Shown in pieces: positions 58,033 through 64,000 of a stretch of 64,000 bases of DNA. The stretch is taken from assembly GCF_009914755.1 (NCBI RefSeq), contig NC_060936.1. One strand, given 5' to 3'. The position numbers were made by a program, and so were the translations under genes. Position 1 is the stretch's first letter. Every line of letters begins with the position of its first letter. The notes below the pieces were generated by a model. It was given only the letters and a program-made list of their open reading frames with translations, searched no databases and was not told where the DNA came from. The DNA is from the human T2T-CHM13v2.0 reference genome, Homo sapiens.

Positions 58033-58797
58033 TAATAAGTTAAGAATTAAATAGCAATTTCCTTGAGGCAAGACTTTATGTCTCTTTAGTTTTGAGCCCC
58101 AGTGCCTTGCAGAGGGCATGTGATAGGTATAACTATTAATAGTTTATTGGATAGGTTTTTCTTGATGGGGTACTGTGAGGACAGAAGTCTACTGTTTGTG
58201 GACTTCTTGTCTCCTCTTCTTGGAAGAAATCTCTGACAGGTCCCATAGCTTCTGAGAACCATTCAAGTTACAAAGATGGGCTCTTTTTAGCAACCACAAA
58301 GCTGGGTCTGTTATCTCATTTAAATCTCCTCCTCCTCTCTTGGAAGGAGCTGGAGGAGGGAGCATGGGCAGATTTTTTTTTTCTATTTCTTTCTTCATTG
58401 TAGGCTGCAGTGTTTGACACCTCAGGGTTGGAGGAGGGTGGGTGGAAGGGAGAGACTGGGGTAGGGGTGGGAGATAGCGGTGGTGAAGCTGTTCTGCAGC
58501 AGGTGCAGTAGCCATGTGAGATTTTTATCCTCTGGGTGGGGTGGAAGTCAAAGCTGACTCTTTCCCAGGGGATACTGGTGTGGGTTTTCAGGAGAGCCTC
58601 CCACTTGGATATGTGACTACAGAGCTCTTTCCACTTTCAGCCCTGACCCCTTGCTGCACCATGATCCCTTCACATCTCCAAGTGATATTCTTGGACAGGA
58701 TGCCTTTAAGATGATGCCAGCCAGCTCCCTTCTATAGGAACCATATGAGAGTCCAGGAGACTCATTCCTTCATCCCCCCAACCCTCATTAGTGGAGC

Positions 58798-59348
58798 TGT
58801 TACATGAAAGAGACCCCAGTCCAGACCCCATGAGGGTTCTTATATCTCACTCAAGAAAGAATTCAGGGTGAGTCCATAGAGTAAAGTGAAAGCAAGTTTA
58901 TTAAGAAAGTAAGGGAATAAAACAATGGCTACTCCATAGACAGAGCAGCCCCAAGGGCTGCTGGTTGCCCATTTTATGGTTATTTCTTGATGATATGCTA
59001 AACAAGGGGGTGGTTTATTCATACCTCCTCTTTTTAGACCATATAGGGTAACTTCCTGATGTTGCCATGGCATTTGTAAACTGTCATGGTGCTGGTGGGA
59101 GTGTAGCAGTGAGGACTACCAGAGGTCACTCTCGTCATCGTCTTGGTTTTGGTGGGTTTTAACTGGCTTCTTTACTGCAACCTATTTTATCAGCAAGGTC
59201 TTTATGACCTGTATCTTGTGCCGACCTCCTATCTCATCCTGTGACTTAAAATGCCTTAACATCTAGGAATGCAGCCCTGTAGGTCTCAGTCTCATTTTAC
59301 CCAGCTCCTATTCAAGATGGAGTTGCTCTGGCTCACATGCCTCTGATA
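58798..59348 (-). mobile_element. Solo MER41A LTR
   Basis: Homologous to 45870-46418; flanks GAGC/GAGG. Confidence 0.9.
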
Positions 59349-59810
59349 GAGGGGCAACTTGTTCCCAAAGCAGTCCTAGTCCTCTCTTCACTCTGTTGCC
59401 AAGCATGGAAAACCCCAGATGCACACAGCCTCTTGTCCTACTGGACAACACACCACTTCTGTTGATGTTCCAACACCACTTTGAGTTCATCAGACTCCAG
59501 GATGTGTGTACCTCTTCAGCTTGGCTTGATGCGAGAGGACGTACTTCCTTCCCCACTGTGATGAAGTACAGGGAGCACAGCCCCGCAACAAATACTCATC
59601 ACAAAATTCTCACTCTACCCACCTCTAACCCCAATCTCATTTTTGTAGCCCAGAGATGTGAGATTGGCTAATGCCTTGCCAATCCAGTTTAACGATACCT
59701 TGGCATGTCCTGTACAGGTGGCATAGTACCTTAGTTTAGGATGTGAGGGTGTTGGCCCGACTTCAAGAAAGGAAATTATTTCAAGATCCTGTTCTTTAGC
59801 CATTCAATAA

Positions 59811-60158
<348 letters not shown>

Positions 60159-60564
60159 TTTTTTTGTTTTTGACTGAGGGTGACTAATCTTAGTTCTTTG
60201 TTGGGCAAATGTAGGGTGCAATCTGGCCTTTGCCCTGCGATTAGTGTTTCAGGAAATTTTTGGGGATTTATCAGGATTGCCTCCTCAGTTGCTTGATGTG
60301 CAAAGCCCACTAGAGGTGAAAGTAGGGATCAGTTTGGATAAGGGTTCTGGGGCTTCCTGGGAGAGTAGGAACCAATACACAAACCTTTGATTTCCCAAAT
60401 TGATAGTTAGAGATATCCAGTGAGAGGGATTTGTGGGGTTACTGACCAAAACCCAGTGGCACAGAGAAGAGCTTTAAAAACCATGCAATAAAGTCAAGTT
60501 GAAGAAAAGGGGAGTGGAGTTTGATGACACAGGCTCTACATGAAGCTGTTAAAATTTCCTCTGG

Positions 60565-61050
<486 letters not shown>

Positions 61051-61829
61051 TAAAAAGAGACCATCAGGCACAAAAGGGCAGTGGTTAACACAAAGGAATG
61101 TATTGATAAAGGGGGATTTCAAGAAACGATTGGGAAGATACTGCTTTGAGATGAGGCTTTTTTTGAAATATTAATATATTTTACCTACTCTAGCCCTGAA
61201 CATGGCAGTGAGTATTTGTGTGCATGTGTGTTTTCAAGACACAGGGAAAAGGCAGGGAGAAGGGACTGATGAAAGAGAAAGAACAGATCACACCTATGTG
61301 GTGTCTTTAATTAGGAGGAATAACCCACCTGGGATTTTTTTATGACTGGGTATCCGTTTGAACTCCACTGGGCAGGGATCATCTTTCAAAGCCTTTAACA
61401 CTCTCTCCAGAATAGCAACAGCATTGGCAGGTTTTGCAGGTCAGGCCAACTCTGTTTCCCTGACAATAAGATCATCCTAGCTAGGCTCAGGGACTGCTTA
61501 ACCAAGTTAGGCACAGAATAATTTAAAGCCTCAGCACTCTGGATTTGGAAAATAGCTGGAGGAATGACAGGTTAAAGGCTGATTTATGCTTTATTTGACT
61601 TGGAGGGGTAAAGGGAAGAATAATTGAGCACATGGGTCTTGGAAAAAATCGGTATGAAGGCATCTTGGAGAGGATTGTTATATTCCCTGAATCTCATGAT
61701 GTTACAGACTCTGTCCTTTATACCTGGACAATATTTTTATATCTATTCTGGTTACTATGTCTAAAAAATTTTATTCTCTGCATAAAATGCACCATGCAAG
61801 GGCACTAGGTGTCTCTGAAGATCTACTCG

Positions 61830-62140
61830 TCCACCCATCCATCCACACACATATTTGCTCATCATCTACCCATCTACCGACATATCCATTCATCCACTCA
61901 CCTATTCATCCACTCATCTGTCCCCCCATCCATTATCATTGGGTGTCTGTTTGAACCCCACTGGGTAGGAATCATTCATCCACTCACATAGCCACTCATC
62001 TACACATCCACCCATCTGTTTACCCACCCATCAACCCATATATTCGTTCATTCATCCATCAATTCATCCACTCATCCATCTCTCCCACCTACCCCACCCA
62101 CCTTCTTAAAATCTCTCCAATATAGTAACTTCTCTCCATC
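61830..62140. repeat. Degenerate (CCAT/TCCA)n low-complexity repeat
   Basis: Direct inspection. Confidence 0.8.
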
Positions 62141-62142
62141 CA

Positions 62143-62481
62143 ATTTTCTTTTTCTTTTCTTTACTTTTTTTTTTTTTTTTTTTTTTTGGAGACAATGACT
62201 CACTCTGTTGTCCAGGCTGGAGTGCAATGCTATGATCTCATCTCACTGCAACCTCTGCCTCCTGGATTCAAGTGATCCTCCCATCTCAGCCTCTTGAGTA
62301 GTTGGGACCACACTCATGTGCCACCATGCCTCAGTCATTTTTTTTTTTTTTTTGATTTTTTTTTAGAGACAGAGTTTTGCCATGTTGCCGAGGCTGGTCT
62401 CGAACTCCTGGACTCAAGTGATCTGCCCGCCTTGGCCTCCCAAAGTGCTGGGATAACAGGCTTGAGCTACTGTGCCAGGCC
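62143..62481 (-). mobile_element. AluJ
   Basis: Dimeric Alu with expanded T tracts. Confidence 0.88.
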
Positions 62482-63151
62482 CATCCAGTTTTCTTTATTG
62501 CATGTCTACAATGATTTCCTCACTTGCCTTCTTGCCTCTGGCCTTTCCCATCTCACTTTTTTTTTTGTCCACAATGAAGGCTGAATGAATGATCTTTCTA
62601 CACTTCAGTTTCTTCATTTAAAATAATCAAGGCAATACAATTCATTTCTCTGGATTATTGTAAATGGGATCATTCTCTTCATCCAGAAATTACTTATTGA
62701 GCTCCTACTGCAGGAGTCAGTCTCCATTTTAGGCACTGGGTAGACAGCAGCAAACAAGATAGACAGGTTTCCGTCTGTCTTATGGAACTTTCATTCTAGT
62801 GAGAGAGACAGGCAGTAACTGCATAATCAAATGTGTGATGCAATTTCAAGCAGTAATAATGCTTAGGAGAAAAACAGTGATGTACATGAAGTGCTTAGCA
62901 CCGTGCCTGGCACATACAGATGTTAAATTAATGGTAGTTGTCATATTAACAGTGATTTATATTACCATGTTATTAGTCTCCCTAAAATCTTTCAATGATA
63001 TTTATAATTATTGAGCATTTATTGAACACTTAATATGAACCAATCATTATGCTAAGCAGTTTAATCTCACAACAACCCTATGAGGTGGGTATGATCATTT
63101 CCCCCCACTTCAGCTGTGGATGCTGAGGCACAATCCCTCACTGTCTTCTAG

Positions 63152-63928
<777 letters not shown>

Positions 63929-64000
63929 TAACAAGTTTTGCTTTATATTCACCTTTTGAGACCATCAAGAGAGAACATCCATTCAACCAGAGAATCAGAA

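Noticed and set aside
61830-62140. Repeat-spacer (CRISPR-like) array
   Set aside because: Degenerate tetranucleotide low-complexity repeat in eukaryotic DNA; no constant repeats or unique spacers

Overview
Primate, human-like, repeat-dominated non-coding DNA (intergenic or intronic). It holds about 40 Alu/FLAM copies, L1, L2 and MIR fragments, MaLR/ERVL/ERV1 LTRs and DNA-transposon MITEs. I found no supportable cellular exon or RNA gene; nearly all listed ORFs are Alu/LTR artefacts. The main feature is a near-complete but coding-defective 9.3-kb class I (gamma-like) endogenous retrovirus on the minus strand (47462-56746). It has LTR19-type LTRs, a tRNA-Phe PBS (HERV-F/HERVFH19 group), gag-pro-pol-env remnants and a perfect CTCCT target-site duplication. 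The provirus sits antisense inside a solo LTR8, which sits inside an older ERVL-type LTR, and the block is bracketed by two independent MER41A solo LTRs. Points worth a second look: a hairpin that sequesters the LTR poly(A) signal, a back-to-back LTR19/LTR8 composite promoter, a poly(A)-only insertion with TSD inside RT, closely spaced inverted Alus, and two repeat-free motif-rich islands that look like enhancers. Family names come from recalled consensus sequences, not a database search. Boundaries of old repeats are approximate.
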